A stretch of 63,858 nt of DNA, counting the filler, from Choristocarpus tenellus KU-1152 (Eukaryota; Protista; Phaeophyceae): NCBI GenBank assembly GCA_964200185.2. It is 15 parts of 15 records of this genome, joined end to end, with 100 filler letters (N's around TTAATTAATTAA, not from the genome) between each part and the next. Parts side by side here need not be neighbours in the genome. Positions count along the whole stretch, not along the records: positions 61,251 to 63,858 come from CAXNAD020026319.1; 14 more parts are not named here. One strand, 5' to 3'. Under the pieces are notes generated by a model that made no database searches, had not been told where the DNA came from, and worked only from the letters and a program-made list of their open reading frames with translations. Made by a program: the position numbers and the translations under genes. Shown here piece by piece: positions 61,543 through 63,858 of the stretch (position 1 is its first letter; each line of letters opens with the position of its first letter).

Positions 61543-63190
61543 GTATTGTGTTTTAAGAGAGTGTCCTCTATGGACCTTAAGTGTGGTAGTGTGTTGGTAG
61601 GGTTATGATTTCCTTTGTGACTATCACATTGGCGATGTACTGGACATTTATCTCTCCCCATCTCCCCCCCTCTCATGAAGTGTTTGAAAAGGGGTTTTTG
61701 TTTTAGTGCAGTTAGACATTGGAAGAGAGGAGTGAGTGTTTGATGTCCTTTTTAAGGAGCTTTACCAACAGATCCAGGTTGTGTCAAGAGGTCCGATGAA
61801 GCATGCCACCATGGAAGGCGTTTGTGTGTTTGTTCATTATTTTTTGTCTTATGTCTATTGTAAACATAAGTCAATATCGAGACAGTTCATTCCTCACACC
61901 TTTTGTTAGCTTCTTGTTCAACTTTTCTGTCGTAAGCCATTTTTGTAATGGCAGTGCTGAATCAGTCCGTACTTTAAAATGTGTTTATTTATGTTTTATT
62001 TATGTTTTATTTATGTTCAACATTATAAAAAGACTCCTCCTCTCTACTTTCCCCTCCACCTTCTCCTTTCCCCTATAACCCTAACCTTATCATGAAGACC
62101 AATCACACACACACACACACACACACACGTTTATATACAATGTATGCATATGTATGTATGTAACTGTTTTTTCAGGAGGGGGAAGCAGTTTACACTAGTC
62201 GTGAAGAAGGTTGGAGATTCAGTGGAACCTTTGTTGGAGGGAAGTGGAACGGACCGGGGAAGATTGAGCTGGAGGGGGGAGACACTTGGGAATGCCAGTG
62301 GGCCGGGGGGGAAGTGGTTACAGGGAGTGGGGTGCACACGACTGTGAAGGGGGACATGTACATGGGAGGTTGTGTTGCATCTCAGGGGAATCGAAAGGTC
62401 CCTTGTAGGACAGGACACGGCCGGTGGGTCAGGGTCAGGGTCAGGGTTAGGGTTAGGGTTAGGGTTAGGGTCTAAGTGCGGTGTTGAGGTGGATTTATCT
62501 CGGAAGGAATTGTGTCAGCTGTGTTCTGAAACATTGCTAGTTCCTGTTTACCCAGAGATTTATCATGGCGTGGCTCTGGGCTTGCCCTGGAGTTGCTGAC
62601 GGGGCCGTCCCCCTTTGTTGTTTTTTTGTTTGGTTGATGTATTGGCACCAGGTTGAAATGGCGAGAGGGCGACCAAGTTGAAACCAAATTTCGTGACGGG
62701 AAGGCGTTGGATGGAGCCAAGGGGGTGGTTAAGTTCCGTAACGGAGCCATCTTTTTTGGACAGCTCAGGGGGGCACGGCCCCACGGGCAAGTGCTGTTAC
62801 ATGAATGGCGTTTATTCAAAGAGTTAGGGTTAGAGGGTTAGGGTTGAGGTTGAGGTTTTGCGAGGGAGGGGGGTTGTACTTCCGTCGTATGACATGATAT
62901 GACATGATAGTGGGACATGGTGTTTCGATGGGACCTCAACTGGTTAAGTGGATGCTGTGTTTGTGGAGTTGGTGTCCATGAAGTTGGTGCCTATCTTTTG
63001 AAGGAGGTTTCTGCTGTGCAATGGAGGTGGAGGGTGGGTATGCTGCAGTTTGTAGGGGAGAGTAAGGACTGTTCATAACCCTCAGTAAGAAATGTGTTTT
63101 GTTGGTGTATTTGTTGAGTGGTTTGAACAGATGGAAATATCTAATGCATGCATTACAATTTTTTCTTTTTTTTTAAGAAGAAATTTTGCT

Positions 63191-63226
<36 letters not shown>

Positions 63227-63858
63227 TTGTTTCCTTTTCAAAACTTCCCACCGGACAACTTTTTACTTTTTCTTTCTTCTTTTCTTCTTTTCNNNNNNNN
63301 NNTGTGGGGGGTTTAAATAGTTGGAAATATCTAATGAATGTTTTTTTTTTTTTTTTTTTTTTTTAAGAAGAAATTTTGCTCCTTTTTTTTTTTTTTTTTC
63401 AGATTTACATTTTTTGATTGATAACTTTTGCAAAACTGCGACCAGACCAACATTAGCTGCTTACTTACTGCCATACTTACTTACTTACTGCCTATGAGAA
63501 GGGCCCTTTGTAGCCACATTTATCATGTCGGTGTTCTTCTGGCCCACCTCTGCTCACTCTTGTTCACACGTCAAAAAAAGGTACGGAGAGATATACCTTT
63601 CCTCGGCACGAGCTGTGGATGCAAGGATGGTCATGCACAATCCCATAGCCAAGCTGGATGAGATGGCACGAAATTTACTTTGGTACAAAGGAGACTTCCA
63701 GCTGGGACTGCCACATGGGACTGGGCTGGTGAAGTACAGAGACAATAGCTTTAGTGCACATGGAGGCGTTTTTGAGGGGCGGGACCGGCCTGGGAGGAGA
63801 AGAGATCCCACCACTGGGTGGGGAGAGAGCAAGGACGATGAAGGGGAAGGGGGAGGGG
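61251..63858 (+). CDS. MORN-repeat protein, partial (exons <61251-61493, 62176-62423, 62652-62790, ~63581->63858)
   Basis: GDSYSGGVRCFQRHGRGQL..GDCVNGIW, GWRFSGTFVGGKWNGPGKI, GAIFFGQLRGARPHGQ and YKGDFQLGLPHGTG. The phase of the last junction is unresolved. Confidence 0.82.

Noticed and set aside
63130-63400. Direct repeat around the N10 gap
   Set aside because: Overlapping homopolymer-rich read ends, most likely an assembly artefact.

Overview
This is eukaryotic, transposon-rich draft-genome DNA, not prokaryotic. It consists of 15 unlinked contigs joined by 14 artificial 100-bp linkers (N44-TTAATTAATTAA-N44), so adjacency across a linker carries no meaning. Spliceosomal GT-AG introns, signal-peptide + ASAF-like plastid presequences, TTAGGG repeats and a CDPK suggest a photosynthetic stramenopile, probably a brown alga or relative (inference). 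Host gene fragments: a plastid-targeted conserved protein with an in-frame TAG, a bacterial-type diphthamide-synthase-like ATPase exon, a CDPK, a CRTISO-like carotenoid enzyme, a gamma-glutamyl hydrolase (6 exons), a coiled-coil protein, a DnaJ protein and a MORN-repeat protein. Mobile DNA dominates: three mariner-like copies (two with DD40D spacing), several Copia and Gypsy remnants, pogo-like and hAT-like remnants, and two abundant related MITE families with shared AAAGTATCT ends and 4-bp TSDs. The two most unusual objects are (1) a 2.3-kb element bounded by ~92-bp TIRs (GAG...CTC) that carries two pairs of long direct repeats and a ParB/Srx-fold ORF but no transposase (14991-17299), and (2) a protein-coding Copia family whose LTRs contain a tRNA-derived, Pol III-type cassette (35161-37407). 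All family calls come from motif recognition by eye; no searches were run.
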